Below, one piece after another: positions 49,138 to 63,614 of a stretch of 64,000 nt of DNA (its first letter is position 1; every line of letters starts with the position of its first letter). The stretch lies in NCBI GenBank assembly GCA_951406725.2, contig OX597821.1, positions 57,164,001 to 57,228,000 of the forward strand, written 5' to 3'. Source of the stretch: Octopus vulgaris (lineage: Eukaryota). The notes under the pieces are model-generated. The model had not been told where the DNA came from, made no database searches, and worked only from the letters and a program-made list of their open reading frames with translations. The translations under genes and the position numbers were made by a program.

Positions 49138-49795
49138 GATAGATAGATAGATATACACACGTACATACATATATCTAGGCATTGCAGACATAGCTGTGTG
49201 GTAGGAAGTTTGCTTCCCAACCACATAGTTCTGGGTTCAGTCCCACTGTGTGGCATTTTGGGTGAGTGTCTTCTGTCATTCTCCTTTGCTGAACTGCTAG
49301 GTTATGGGGGTGTAACTGCACCAGAACTGGTTGTCAAATGGTGATGGTTGGGGGAGGAAGGAGACAAAACACTCACACACACATGCTACAAACGTCTTTC
49401 AGTTTCCGTCTACCAAATCCACTCACAAGGAATTGGTCAGCCCAAAGCTATAGCAGAAGACATTTGTCCAAGGTGCCATGCAGTGGGACTGAACCTGAAA
49501 CCATGTGGTTGGGAAGCAAACTTCTTATCACACAGCCATGCTTGCACTTACCCCCACCCACATATATGTAGTTGAAATTTACAGAAAAACAAAAGATGAA
49601 GAGAGGTGTATAAACAACAAACAAGTGTATTAGTTTAACGCTCAGGAAGGTCAGAAAGTCTTTTATGTTTCAAGCCTATGCTCTTCAAGAAAAAGGAACA
49701 TGAGGAAATAAACAGAGAGAATAAAAAACTTTTGGAGCTATTTTTTCTAACCTAAATTTTGACAAAAATGCATTCCTTATAGATGTTAAAATATG

Positions 49796-49834
<39 letters not shown>

Positions 49835-50150
49835 CATACATATACACACACACTATGTTTGTCAAAAATTAGGTTAAAATAATACTGGTGTTTCTTATAC
49901 ATGGATAGTTTTGTAATCTCTTACAAAACCTTTTTTCTAAATTTTAGGCCCCCAAAATTAGAGGATTCCTTATACACGTTAAAATATGAAATATATGCAA
50001 AGTGGTTGGTGTTAGGAATGGCATCCAGCTGTAAAAACTATCCCAAAACAGTGAGCAAAACATGGTGCAGCCTTTTGCCTAGCCAGGTCCTGTCAAACCA
50101 TCAAAGTCAGGACGGCATGGAAAGCATACATTAAATGAGGATGATGATTT

Positions 50151-50182
<32 letters not shown>

Positions 50183-50184
<2 letters not shown>

Positions 50185-50343
50185 GGAGTGACTGTGTGGT
50201 AAGTAACTTGCTTACCAACCACATGGTTTCGGGTTCAGTCCCACTGCGTGGCACCTTGGACAAGTGTCTTCAACTATAGCCTCGGGCCGACCAAAGCCTT
50301 GTGAGTGGATTTGGCAGATGGAGACTGAAAGAAGCCCATCATA

Positions 50344-50396
<53 letters not shown>

Positions 50397-50590
50397 TTGT
50401 CCCCCCAACATCGCTTGACAACCGATGCTGGTGTGTTTGTGTCCCCATCACTTAGTGGTTCGGCAAAAGACACTGATAGAATAAGTCCTGGGATTACATA
50501 AGAATAAGTCCTTGGGTCGATTTGCTCGACTAAAAGGTGGTGCTCCAGCATCGCTACAGTCAAATGACTGAAACAAGTAAAAGAGTAAAA
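50183..50590 (+). mobile_element. SINE family A, full length
   Basis: Matches the 30506 copy; followed by TA/TG arrays at 50590-50850. Confidence 0.92.
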
Positions 50591-50592
50591 TG

Positions 50593-50681
<89 letters not shown>

Positions 50682-50758
50682 GTGTGTGTGTGTATGTATG
50701 TGTGTGTGTATGTATGTGTGTGTGTATGTATGTGTGTGTGTGTGTATGTGTGTATGTA

Positions 50759-50789
<31 letters not shown>

Positions 50790-51865
50790 GTGTGTGTATG
50801 TATATATATATATATATATGTGTGTATGTATATATATATATATATATATGCCATTTCTTCTGGCTCTTTCCATTCTGAGTTCAGATCTCACTGAGGTAAA
50901 CTTAGCCTTGGTCCCTGTGAATATGCAGGTGGTCTGATGGTTGGCCACTTGCCTGAGGTCAGTGTTGTAAATATGTCAATTACATCACAGAACTCTAAGA
51001 GCTTTCGTTTCACTTCATTTTATGTGCCATAACAATAGCTTACATTAGTTTAGCAATCATGGTATTACCCATCAGGTCTATTACACTCACCACCTGTGTT
51101 GAGGAAGTCACTGTTGTCCGCTTCTGAAATAATCTGTTAAGAGATCTCGTAAAATCATTGCTATACTCACATATCAGTCCTATGTTTGTTGCATATGCAC
51201 ATATCAGTGTTTCTGTCATGTTGTCTGTGACTGGCTTAATCTTGATTAAATTTGATTTAATTAACTCTGTGCTACTTTATAAAATTGGTTTTATGCCTAT
51301 TCAAAAGAAATCATCGTTATCATTATCTGTTTTCAACAGCTTTATTTTAGCTTCAGTTGGTATTATTATTATTATTATTATTATTATCATTATTATTATT
51401 ATTATTATTATCATAAAGGCGGCAAGCTGGCAGAGCCGTTAGCACACTGAATGAAATGCTTAGCGGTATTTCACTCATCACTACATTCTGAGTTCAAATT
51501 CTGCCGAGATCGACTTTGCTTTTCATCCTTTTGGGGTTGATAAATTAAGTACCAGTTACATACTAGGGTCGATCTAATTGACTAGCCTCATCCCCCAAAA
51601 TTTCGCAAATTGTACCTTTAATAGAAAGGATTATTATTATTATTAAAGCTGGAAGCTGGCAGAATTATTAGCTCGCAGGGTAAAATGCTTAGTGGTATTT
51701 CTTCTGTCTTTACGTTCTGAGTTCAAATTCTGCCAAGGTCAACTTTGCCTTTCATCCTTCCGAGGTCAATAAAATAAGTACCAATTGAGTGTTGGGGTTG
51801 ATGTAATTGACTAGGTCCCTATTCCAAAATTTCATACCTTGTGCCTATAGCAGAGAGGATTATTA

Positions 51866-51920
<55 letters not shown>

Positions 51921-51922
<2 letters not shown>

Positions 51923-52555
51923 GTTTGGCTCTTGCTTTGTATTTGTACAAGTTGACTCCAAGTCCCACCCAGAGACCTCAAGAGACAAGTTAGGAGTTCA
52001 AGTTGGTATTATGACTAGGGTGCCATCTTTTTGGTTTTGCACAAAGTATTGTTCTAGAGAATGTCTGTCGAAACATGAATAAATTAGAAGTTTGTGTTAA
52101 AAGTAGGTAGGTTTTTATTCAGTATTACATTTATTTGTGGGGAAATACATGATACAATAGAAGGCCTTAAGAACTTCTTTATTATCTTCCTTTGATCATT
52201 TTTCATTCCTTTTCATTTGGTTATTTGATGATGAGCGCCGATGGCCATCTGTTGGAGTATTCCAGTTGTGGAGGACTTCCAACTCCTGTGTTTTGGGAAG
52301 ATTTGAACCTGTAGCTGATTTTTCGCACCTTGTCTGGTTCCTAACTGGAGTGCACGGCCCTTATTGACCCAGGTGACAGCCGGTCTGGTGTGTATTTTGC
52401 TTTGTTGTCATTGAGGCATGATGAGCTTGGATGTTGACATTAAAAGATGGACCTGTCTGTTTAGCATAAACTTTTCGAGACAACACCACCTTCAAGTTCT
52501 CTGAATGAAAACAGTGCTTGTAATGTAGCTTCTGAAGGCTGACTGACCTGTAATT
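51921..52555 (-). mobile_element. Putative internally deleted R4/Dong-type element within a (TAA)n tract
   Basis: Flanked on both sides by (TTA)n. Minus-strand 3' end gtctcttgaggtctctgggtgggacttggagtc...ccaaacat(AAT)n resembles Dong 3' UTRs. The 5' part encodes RLSPGSIRAVHSS*EPD, similar to remembered Dong/Rex6 ORF starts. Confidence 0.55.
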
Positions 52556-52559
52556 GCTT

Positions 52560-52573
52560 ATTCTTACTACTAC

Positions 52574-52604
<31 letters not shown>

Positions 52605-52772
52605 TATTATTGTTATTATCATTATTATTATTATTATTATTGTTATTATCATTATTATTATTATTATTATTGTTATTATCATTATTATTATTATTATTAT
52701 CGTTATTATTATTATTACTATTATTATTATTATTACTACTACTACTACTATTATTATCATTATTATTATTAT
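52560..52772. repeat. (TTA)n compound microsatellite
   Basis: TTA/CTA/TTG array with a 30-bp higher-order period. Confidence 0.95.
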
Positions 52773-54476
52773 TATGGTGGTGAGCCAACAAAATTGTTCA
52801 TGCTCTGAATAAAATGCTTAGCAACATTTCTTTTGGCTTTGTGTTGTTCTTTAGAAGTCAACCTTGCCTTTCCTCCTTTCAGGGTTGATTAAATGAGTAC
52901 CAGTTGGGTACTGAGATCAATGTAATTGACTACCCCCCCTCTGCACCCCCTAAGATTTCAGGCCTTGTGCCTATAGTGGAAAGGGTCATCATCATCATTA
53001 TTGCTGTTGTTAGTATGACAACATATGCCATGTCAAGTGAAATAAATCTCTGAAAAATCTAGTAATATGCTGTGAAAAATACCCCTCTTCTTCATTTGGA
53101 ATCAGTCAACTGGCAGAAATGGTGTAATTATTATCATCTTTCAATTTTGTTTCCATTTCTTGCTGTGTTTCTACCTGACACCTAGGGCTCACTATATACA
53201 TTGGTAGTCCCTTAAACGAAGACACCAAATTGTGCATTTACAAAGTCATGTGATAGAGAAAAAGGGGAAGAAAGACAGAGGAAAAGGAAATTATTATTAT
53301 TATTGTTGTTGTTGTTGTAAGTAGTAGTAGTAGTAGTAGTAGCAGCAGCAGTAGTATTGAGACTGAATTATTAAGCCCATGCTTGACAGAAACAGAAATT
53401 ATATATTTTCTTCATTGAATACATTTGTCAAATGTGAAGTCACCGATCCTGTCTATTTCAAATCTCATTATTATTATTATTATTATTATTATTGAATTTT
53501 TCCTGGCAACAAATAATTTCCCGATTAATGAGAATGATCTCAGTACAATATAGGCAAGGAGAGATTAATTTCTTTGTAATTATCTTGAAATAACGCATAC
53601 ATTTGATAACTTGTAAGTGTGCATGTGTGTGTGTATGTGTATGTATGTATGGGCAGGTGTGTGTGTGTGTTTGTGTGTGAATCTGAAGAACTAAAAGACT
53701 GGGACAACCAAACAAACAAAAAAAAAAAGAAAGAAGTGAGAAATAGAAATTTATGGTAATGTAACAAGAAATAAAGACATTTTACTATCATTGCTACTGC
53801 TGCTACTACTATGACTAATAAAAATGAAAATAATAATGATAATAATAATAATAGTAATAATGAAGATGATAATATTAATTTGTCTTAAATAATTTTATTT
53901 GAAAAAGAGGAAAGTGTAATATTTGCTCCTGTCTCAATGAGTTCTCCTTGTGTGCAATATAACAAGGATCTGTTTTGGCTGGAAATAAAAATGCTAATAA
54001 TGACTAACTGAAAGGCTGTGATTGGGCTTTTAGATAGCACTAATTAGCAACATATGGAAGGATAAAAGAGAAAGAAACCTTCAACAGCAGCCAAATGATT
54101 ATAATAATGAAGAGGATAATAATATGTATCACAAAAGAAAAAAAAAATAATAATAATAATAATAAATGCATAATGAAATAAGCAGACACACTCAGAGATT
54201 TTCTCATGAAAGCAAATTGTTAATAAATTTATGAGAACATGAACAAGAGGAAGGGCGGAGAAATAAATAGCCAACAATTTGGAATTTTCCTGCTGAGTTC
54301 TTGTCAGAATTGGTTTTGGGGGGGGTTTGTCCTTTGTTGATCTACCTGCCATTCATCCCTCTCTTCCCTGTTTCAGATTCCCTGCTGTTTCTGGGGGTGC
54401 GGGTGGGGTTTAAAATAACATTTTGGACTGTTACAGAGTTTTATCATAAGATTCCTTTATCTTCTTAGGAAAACAC

Positions 54477-54508
<32 letters not shown>

Positions 54509-54634
54509 CTTGTATTTTTATTAGTGACTTTTGTGTTACATTGCTGTGCAGTTGGGCAGGTGTATTGGGCAGCAAATGGCATGCTCACAGGTGTGGTGTT
54601 TCCCAGAGCAATTTTCTTTTCTTTTTGTTTTTTT

Positions 54635-55045
54635 GACTTGTTTCAGTCACTGGGCTATGGCCATGCTGCTGGAGTACCATCTTGAAGGGTTTAGTCAAAT
54701 AAATTAGTCCTAGACCTCGTTTTTAAGCTGGCTACTTGTTCTAGTGGTCTCTCTTTGCCAAACCACTAAGTTACGAGAAGATAAACTAACATTTTGTCAA
54801 AATTTAGGATGGAGGACACACACAGGCTTTCTCTCTGTCTCTCTCTATGTCTCTATCTCTCTCTCTCTCCCAAACACACACAGAATGAGCTTCCACACAG
54901 TTTCCATCTACCAAATTCACTCACAAGGCATTGGTTGGTGCAGGGCTATAGCAGAAGACACTTGCCCAAGGTGCTGCATGGTGGGACTGAACCTAAAACC
55001 ATGTGGTTACAAAAGTGAGCTTCTTATCCACACACCCATGCCGGC
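54635..55045 (-). mobile_element. SINE family A, old minus-strand copy
   Basis: acttgtttcagtcactgggctatggccatgc...gaagacacttgcccaaggtgc...gggactgaacc. Similar minus copies at about 15430-15770, 49280-49545, 58560-58790, 59260-59420, 61045-61190 and 63085-63415. Confidence 0.8.
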
Positions 55046-57354
55046 CCCTAACTACTCAGCCATGCCTTTATTTTCTTTGTTTTCTTCTTCTTTCTTTTGG
55101 TGAGTTTTAGGGCATGGTTTTCACAGCTGGGTGCTCTTCCATTCATCAAATATTCCATAGGAGTATTTACTGTGTTTCTGTCACCAAGAAGGCTTTTTAC
55201 CAAAATTAAAATGTCTCCTCTGTGTTCTGTTGGTTAGTTTCATTCAGATTTACCATTTCTCTTGAAAGGTTGTTTGTGCTGTGTCTTGCAGATTCCATAT
55301 CTTTTCTCTTTGGTTCTTCCATTTTCTTTTTGGCATGGGTACCCTTCCTATTTCCTACCATTTTACAGCATGGACCATTATAGGTGGTCCATGATGTAAT
55401 ATTATATTAGCATCATCATCATCATTATCATAATTCTTGTCATCATCTGATCTTTATTTTCCATGCTTGCATGGGTCTGGCAGAATTTAAGGTAGATTTT
55501 CTACAACTGCATACCCTTCCTGTCACCAACCCTCACACCTTTCCAGGTAAGGTAACAGTTTCCATCTCCAGACATATCTTCTACGGAACAGTGAAAACAA
55601 GCCACATCGCTTGTATGATGGTGATGCTAGTGGAAGGTTGTGCCATGCCAGGGCATAAATTATTACTTTGTAGCTTTTGTTTTGTGTTTGATATTTTCTA
55701 AAAGAGGCATTTTGATGCTACTGTGTGTATTTTTGCTTCTTACTGTATCATAGTCTTCTTCATCTGGTATTATCCTCCGCCTCCTCCTCCTCATCATCAT
55801 CATATTCTTCATCATAACAATTTTCTGATGCATGCATGCGTTGCATAGAATTTGTTGTAATGGATTTTTCTACTGCTGGATGCTCTTCCTCTTATCATCT
55901 TTCACCTGTTTCCAACTAAGGTAATATTTCCTGTGGCCGGGCATGTTTTCATAGCAGATTGGAAACAAACAGCATCACTTGTTTACACCTATCACATGAT
56001 GTCCCAACAAGGTGACACACACACATACACCTACTTACACATGTATGCAGACATGCACACACACACACACACACACATGACAGGCTTCTTTCAGTTTCCA
56101 CCTACCTAATCCACTCTCAAGGCTTTGGCCAACCTGGATCTATAGTAGAAGACATTTGCCCAAAGATGCTATGCAGCAGGATTGAACCCAGAACCATATG
56201 ACTTGGAAGCAGACTTTTTACTACACAATCATGTCTGAACTTACTATATCTTACATTCAACTTACTATATCTTGTTTCAATTCATCCTGTTTTGGAAAGG
56301 CTATTAAAAAAAAAATGTGGACCTTCAAGACCAAGCTATCAAACTTAGGACAGAAAGGACTTAGGCTCACATCCTGATGGCTTCTTAACAACATTCTAAA
56401 ATATCATGCATTCTTTTACATCACTACAATTGATGGCTGCCAAGTATGAAAGCTGGCTGAAAAATTTAGTCCACATTTATGAAATATTAACATAGATCAG
56501 TTAAATTCCATTGCAGCTTCTTGTTTCCTTTATTGTTGGAGTTCAAATCCCACCAGAATTCATTTTCACATTTGATCTGCCTAGGATCAATACAGTGTGT
56601 CCTAATGATATATTAGAGCAAAAGATATTGGCTGAACTCCATCTTTGGAAAGGAAAGAATATATCAGTTTAAATCTGTTTTGACAAACAACTACAGCAAA
56701 TGCTGAGTTTCAGTGATAATGTCTGAGTCTCTCTGGATTTGTTGGATTGAAATAGTTATAAGTACAGCTGTGACTGTGTGGTCAAGAAGCTTGCTTTTCA
56801 ACCATGAGGTCCTGGGTTCAGTCCCACTGTGTGGTATCTTGAGAAATTGTCTTCTACCATAGAGTCTTGTGAGGGATTTGGTTGTTGGTAGCTGAAAGAA
56901 GACATTTGTGTGTATTGCCGGTGCCTAAAACATGAAAAAAGCACCTAGTTCACTCTGTAAAATGGCAAGTATTAGGAAGAGCTTCCAGACATGAAAACCA
57001 TACCAAGGTAGACGGTGGTGCTAGGCTTACCAGCTCCAGTCAAACTGTTCAACCCATACCAGCATGGAAGATAGGCAGTAGATGATGATGACATTTGTAT
57101 ATATGCATGTGTGTATATATGTATGTATAGTCTGTACCCTTGTTTTGACATTACATGATGGTTGTAAGCAAGCCTCGCCATCATACAAATGGTGTTGTCG
57201 TTTTCAGTCTTCTGTAGAAAATATGTCTGGCCATGGAAAATGTTACCTTGCCTGGAAGCAGGTGAGGGTTGGTGATAGGAAGGGCATCTAGTTGTCGAGA
57301 ATCTGTCTTAACAAATTCTGATTGGCCTATAGAAGCATGGGAAAGTGAACATAA

Positions 57355-58145
57355 GTGCAGGGGTGGCTGTGTGGTAAGAAGCTTACTTCCCAACCATATG
57401 GTTCTGGGTTCAGTCCTACTGTGTGGCACCTTTGGCAAATGTCTTCTACTATAATCTCAGGCCGACCAAAGCCTTGTGAGTGGATTTGGCAGATGGTAAC
57501 TGAAAGAAGCCCAGCCCATCATATATATGTGTGTGTGTGTGTGTGTATTTGTGTGTTCATGTTTTTCCCCCACTGTCGCTTGACAACCAATGCTGGTGTG
57601 TTTACATCCCCGTAACTTAATGCCTCAGCAAAAGATACCGATAGAATAAGCACTAAGCTTACAAAAGATAAGTCCTGGGATTGATTTCTTTCACTAAAGG
57701 CAGTGCTCCAGCATGGCCACAGTCAAATGACTGGAACAAGTAAAAGAATAAATAAAGGCGATGAGCTGGCAGAAATGTTAGCAAGCTGGGCAAAATGCTT
57801 AGTGGTATTTCCTCTGTCTTTACATGCTGGGTTCAAATTCTGCCAAGGTCGACTTTGCCTTTCATCCTTTCAGAGTTGGTAAATTAAGTACCAGTTGCAT
57901 ACTGGGATTAATCTAATCGACTGACCCCCTCCCTAAAAATTTCAGGCCTTGTGCCTAGGGTAGAAAAGAATATTTTCATTTCATATTTCGTCTGTCTTAA
58001 TGTTCTGAGTTCAAATTCTGCCGAGGTTGACTTTGCATTTCATCCTTTCGGGATTAATAAATTAAGTACCAGTTGTGTACTGAGGTTGATCTAATTGACT
58101 GGCCCCCTCCCCCACAAAATTTCGGGCCTTGTACCTAGAGTAGAA
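57355..58145 (+). mobile_element. Head-to-tail SINE cluster A-B-B
   Basis: Family A 57355-57750 runs directly into family B 57757-57970 and a 5'-truncated B 57985-58145, ending in (AAAT)n. Confidence 0.88.
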
Positions 58146-61100
58146 TAAATAAATAAATAAATAAATTAATTAATTAATTAAATAATGACAACAATGATGA
58201 TGTTGTTTAACCAATATATTATTCACGTATATATTTCATAATCACTACTTTTCAATCAAATCTCTATATTTTGGTAATAATGGACGATTGTTGCATAGGG
58301 CACTTGAAGAATAGGAACTGTGGACTAGTGAGTTAAATGCTCTACAGTATGTGTGTTGTCTCTGTGTTCTGAGTTCAAATCCTGTTGCAGGTTTGCTTTG
58401 CTTTTCACCCTTCCCAGATTGATAAAATAATTATTTTGTAAGTTTTGTTTATTTTCAGTCAGTTATACTTCTCACTTGTGGCATTGTTGCTATTGTTCTT
58501 GTTGCTATTGTTGGGATTTAGTTCAAATCAGATTAAGCAGACCTATCTTTCTTTTATATTTTCTACTTGTTTCAGTCATTGGACTGTGGCCATACTGGGG
58601 CACCACCTTGAAGGGTTTTAGTTGAATAGACTGGCCCCAGTGCTTAATTTTTTAATCCTATGACTTATTCTGTTTAGGCCTTTTGCCCAACTGCTAAGTT
58701 ACAGGTATCTAAACAAACCAACACCAGTTGTAAAGTGGTGGTGGAAACAATTACAGACACAATGATGCACACACACAAACACACATACACCAAGGTTCAT
58801 AACATGTCAATTGTTATTAATTTAGTAGTCTCCTCTTTTATTGTTTGTTTGTTTGTGTGTGTGTGTGTGTGTGATGAATGAGCAAAAATAAGAAAAAGCA
58901 CAAGAGGGGCAAATTTTCACAAAAGGTTATTAGTCTTAGCCAAATTCTTGAAAGGAAAAGTAAAGGTTCTTGGGCAGTTCATGAATAAGTCCTTTATCAG
59001 AATTACAAAAAGCAGGGAAGATGGTGGAAAGAAGGGAAGAAAAATAAAGGTTTAGGGGCGAAGTGTGTGCATGGAGGAAAGAGTGGAGGTGGGAGGAGAA
59101 GGAGAAGTGAGGGAGAAAAGAGAGAGGGAAGAAGGAGTGAGAGAGAGAGAATGAAGAAAGAGACAGGTGGTTACAGGTGATCAGGTGCAAAGTACACATT
59201 TATGTATATATATATACATACATAAATGTATGTGTGTGTATCTATATATACACACACACAACTGGCTTCTACTCAGTTTCCATCTGCCAAATTCACTCAC
59301 AAGGCATCGACCAGCTTGGGGCTTTAGTAGAAGATAATTACCCAAAATGCTGTGCTGTAGGACCGAACGCACAAGCTCATGGTTGCAAAGTGAGCCTGAT
59401 AATCATACAGCCTTGCCTGTGCATGGTCAGAAGCATTCTGGTTTTGGCTAGTGTTATCTTTTTTTTTTTTTTAAAAAAAAAACAAAAAAAACTTAGGAAA
59501 TGGGTTGCATTTTCAAATGTGTTCTTTCTTTTTAAGATGTTAGGGTGTGATTTGAAGGAAATTTCTGCTGCTGCTTCTAGCAGAGCAAACAACTGTATAG
59601 AACTTTTCTTGGGTTATTTATGGCCTTGTCCCGATTTGAGAAAACCTAATAAACTGGTTTCAAATTTTGGCACAAGGCCAGCAACTTTGGGGTAAGGGGT
59701 TAGCTCAATTACATTGGTACTTATTTTATCAACCCTGAAATGATGAAAGGCAAATTCAACCTTGGTGGACTTCAAACTCAGAACATAAGGGCAGACAAAA
59801 TGTTGCTAAGCATTTTGCCCTCTGTGGTAATAATGCTGCCAGCTCACCAACTTAGAAAACCCAATAAATTATTGGAATACAAAGAAAAAAAAGAAAAAAA
59901 AAGAGAATTCAACAACCCTGTTCAGTTGTTGGAAGTTCCAAAGAAACTTCTTTTAGCTGCATCTTTTTGGAGTGTAGAGTAAAACTACTGCAACTGTTTT
60001 AGTTAGTCAGGCTTTAAATATTAATGCGTTAATTTAGATATTGTTCATTGAAAAGCTTCTCTTCAAATGTTGAAATGTCATGAACAACAAAGGAAATGAG
60101 CTTCAGGCTGTTTTTATTTCTAATTCCAAACATGATATTTATGAAGCATCATTATATGAAAAACTCATATAAAACTCGTTCATTAAGTAGAAATACAGCA
60201 ATGAATAAATGAATAAAATAAAGCGAAATATTTAAATATAATAAAATAGAAAAGGAACGAAGTTTCTGTTTACATTTTCCAACTTCAGAGGGGAATGTCA
60301 TTTTTATTAAGAATTTCTTGCATCCCTCATTCAGTTCTCCTTTGCTTAGTATTCTAAAATCATGCCATTGGTTCTCGTAAGTTATTGCCCTTATCTTTTG
60401 CCTTTTATCTGTGTCACCTGTGTCACTCATTAGGTCGCAGCTATGCTGGGGAAACACACTGAAAGCTTAAGTCTATTAAACCAACTCCAGTACTTATACT
60501 TAAGTCTGGGATTTATTATATTGGTCTCTTTTGTCAAACTCCTAAGTTACAGGGACGTAAATCAAGGAACACCAATCGTCAAGCGATAGAGAGAGACAGA
60601 TGAAGGCAGTGAGCTGGGAGAAACATTAGAGTGCCAAGCGAAATGTTAGCAGTATTTTGTCTCTTTATGTTCTGTGTTCAAATTCTGCCAAGGTCAATTT
60701 TGCCTTTCATCCTTTCAGGATTGATAAATTATTACCAGTTGCGTACTGGAGTCGATCTAGTCAACTGGCCCCTCACCCCCAAAATTTTGGGCCTTGTGCT
60801 TAGAGTAGAAAAGAAAAGAATGGTGAGAGACAAATACAACACACAAAACTCATACAAATATCTCTCTATCATTATTATCATTCATTCAATATCCCCTTTT
60901 CCATACTAGTATAGTTTGGACAGTTTGACAAGAACAGACAAACAAGGGGTTCTACCCGGTTCTATGTCTGCTTTGGCATGGTTTTTGCAGTAGGATGCCC
61001 TTACTAATGAAAACCATTTAACAGACTGTACTGAGTACTTTCTATATATATGAGAGGCTTCCTCATAGTTTCTATTTACCAAATTCTCTCATAAGGCATT

Positions 61101-63614
61101 GGTCAGCACTGGTTGGGCTCGAGTAGAATACTCTTGGCCAAGGTGCCTTGCAGTGGGACTGAACTTGAGAGAATGTGGTTTGGAAGCAAGCATAAAATAC
61201 AACATTGCTCTTTGAGGGATTAATGAAATCGGTTTGGCACAACAGAATTAACACAGCTGTAAAAATGTTGAACTGGATGATCTGCAGTATTTTGTCCTGG
61301 CTCTTTGTATTTTGAGTTCAAATCCCACTGTGACCTACATGGGCAGTATATTTGTTCTGTCACCCATCTCCTGGTCTGTGGAAGTGTTTAGTGGAGTCCA
61401 CTCTATTGCAGGCAATTGGTCCAGATTCTGGCTTGACAGCATCTTCAACCCCAACACTGTCTTCTAAAATGTGAGTAGTCATGTCGCTTCTCTACAACAA
61501 GAAACCAGTTCTGTCTGGCCCTTTCCTCTTGTACTTTACCCCTCTCCTTAGTCTCCTAGCATAAAGTTTCCTTTATGGTTCTTGGCCTTGCAAGTTGCAG
61601 GATGACCTCACAAGTGAGTTCAGTTCCCAGTTGTGTGTTGTGTCCTTGAGCAAGACACTTTATTTCACGTTGCTCCTGTCCACTCAGCCTGCAAGAATGA
61701 GTTGCACCTGCATTTCAAAGGGCCAACCTTGTCACATTCTGTGTCATGGTGAATCTCCCTGAGGACTAAGTTAAGGGTATGTGTATCTGTCTGTGGAGTA
61801 CTCAGCCACTTGCATGTTAATTTCACAAGCAAGCCGTTCCATTGACCAGATCAACTGGAACTCCTGTCATTGTAACTGACCTGAAAGAAGTACCCTGTGC
61901 CAAGTGGTTGGCATTAAGAAAGGGCATCCAGTTGTAGAAACTATGCCAAAACAAACACCAGGAGAATGATGCAGTTTTTGGTCCTATCAAATCCTGTGAA
62001 ACTGTCCAATCCATGCTAGCTGCTGCTGTTGATGATGGTGAGGAATGGAATCATTCTGTCGATCTCCCAACCATTTTCAAAGAATCCTCCTTGTAATCAC
62101 CTTGATCTAAACAGAGCCAAGTGTATCTGGGAATCAACTTGACTAAGTCTCTCTCTCTCTCTAAGCCTGATGCCTGTCTCTTATTTACGCGTGTATTATT
62201 TATGCATGTATCATTGACTGTTAATTATTTTATTGACATTAAATTGAGAGAAAATGAATATTGTCCTGATGACTGTAGCAACAGTGATGATAATAGTGAT
62301 GATGATGATGATAATATTCATTTTTCTTTTCATTTTTGTATCTGAATATTATGTCTTCTAATTTCATAGATTAAAAATAATTAATGTCAAATTAGCTTCC
62401 AGCTCTTCTAGAAACCATTAATTCATAGTATTTTGTGTATTTTTAAGCTGCAATTGCTTTCTTTTCAACTTGCAAAAAAAAAAAAAATAATAATAATAAT
62501 AATAAATAAATAAATAAATAAAAAGACCCATCCCCAAACAAAAACATTAACATGTTTATTTATATTTTTTCTTTTTCTGTCTTTTCTAATTTATTCAGCA
62601 TTTTAATTTTGAAAAAAGTTTGATTCAAATCAAATCAAATTTCTGTTATAATTAATTTATTTAATTCTATTTTTCTAAATGTAATTGTCAGAATATTTTT
62701 TTTAAAAATACCTCTCTGCTTCTAAATTCTGTTTCCTGTGATGGAATTTTATCAAACCTTGACTGATAAGATTTTTGCTGATATTGTTCTGCCAAGATGA
62801 AAATTTATCTTTGTAAACAAAGTTTTTCTCAACTCTGCTTGCTGTATTTACCTCCCCCTCCCATCCCCAATCCCCTCATTGAGATTGTCTCTAATCCTTG
62901 TGCTAGTGCCACATAAAAAGTACTCATGTTGGCACCATATAAGAAACATCTCTGTTACTGCCACATAGGGAACATCCATGCAAAGTCGACCTCGGTGGAA
63001 TTTGAACTCAGAACATAAAGACAAACGAAATACCGCTAAGCATTTCGCCCGGCATGCTAACATTTCTGCCAGCTTGCCACCTTTAGATGGACAAATTGGC
63101 CCCAGTACTTATTTCAGATCTGGTACTTATTGTATTTTCCTCTTTTGCTGAATTGCATAGTTAAAGGGGACAGAACAAACCAGCCCCAGTTGTCGAGTGG
63201 TGACGGAGGACATACACAAAGAAAGACATACATCTGTCTGTCTGTCTATCTGCTTGCCTGCCTGTCTGTCTGTCTATGCAAACAACAGGCTTCTAAACAG
63301 TTTCCTGCAACCAAATTCACTCATAAAGCATTAGTCACCTCAGGGCTGTGTAGAAGACACTTGCCGAAGGTGCCATACAGTGGGACTGAACTCAGAATCA
63401 TCAGGTTGCAAAACAAGAAACTAGCAACGCTGCATCTCCTCTATAAATGATGATATGAATGATAGTTCCAACAACCTTTGACTCACTCCACTGCATATTT
63501 CATTGATACGGGTCCAAGACCGGGTTTCTTCTCCATGGTCAAAACAACGCCAGCTGTTTGACATTTGCAAATGTATACATGTATTGCCCCATTTATCCTC
63601 CTTTACACACACAC

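Noticed and set aside
52461-52808. Poly-I, poly-N and poly-Y ORFs
   Set aside because: They are translations of a (TTA)n microsatellite.
55369-55393. 9-bp hairpin catggacca/tggtccatg
   Set aside because: Too short to distinguish from chance or a trivial repair scar in 64 kb.
59177-59695. 172-aa ORF
   Set aside because: It runs through a microsatellite, an antisense SINE A and poly-T/A tracts, with no protein-like features.
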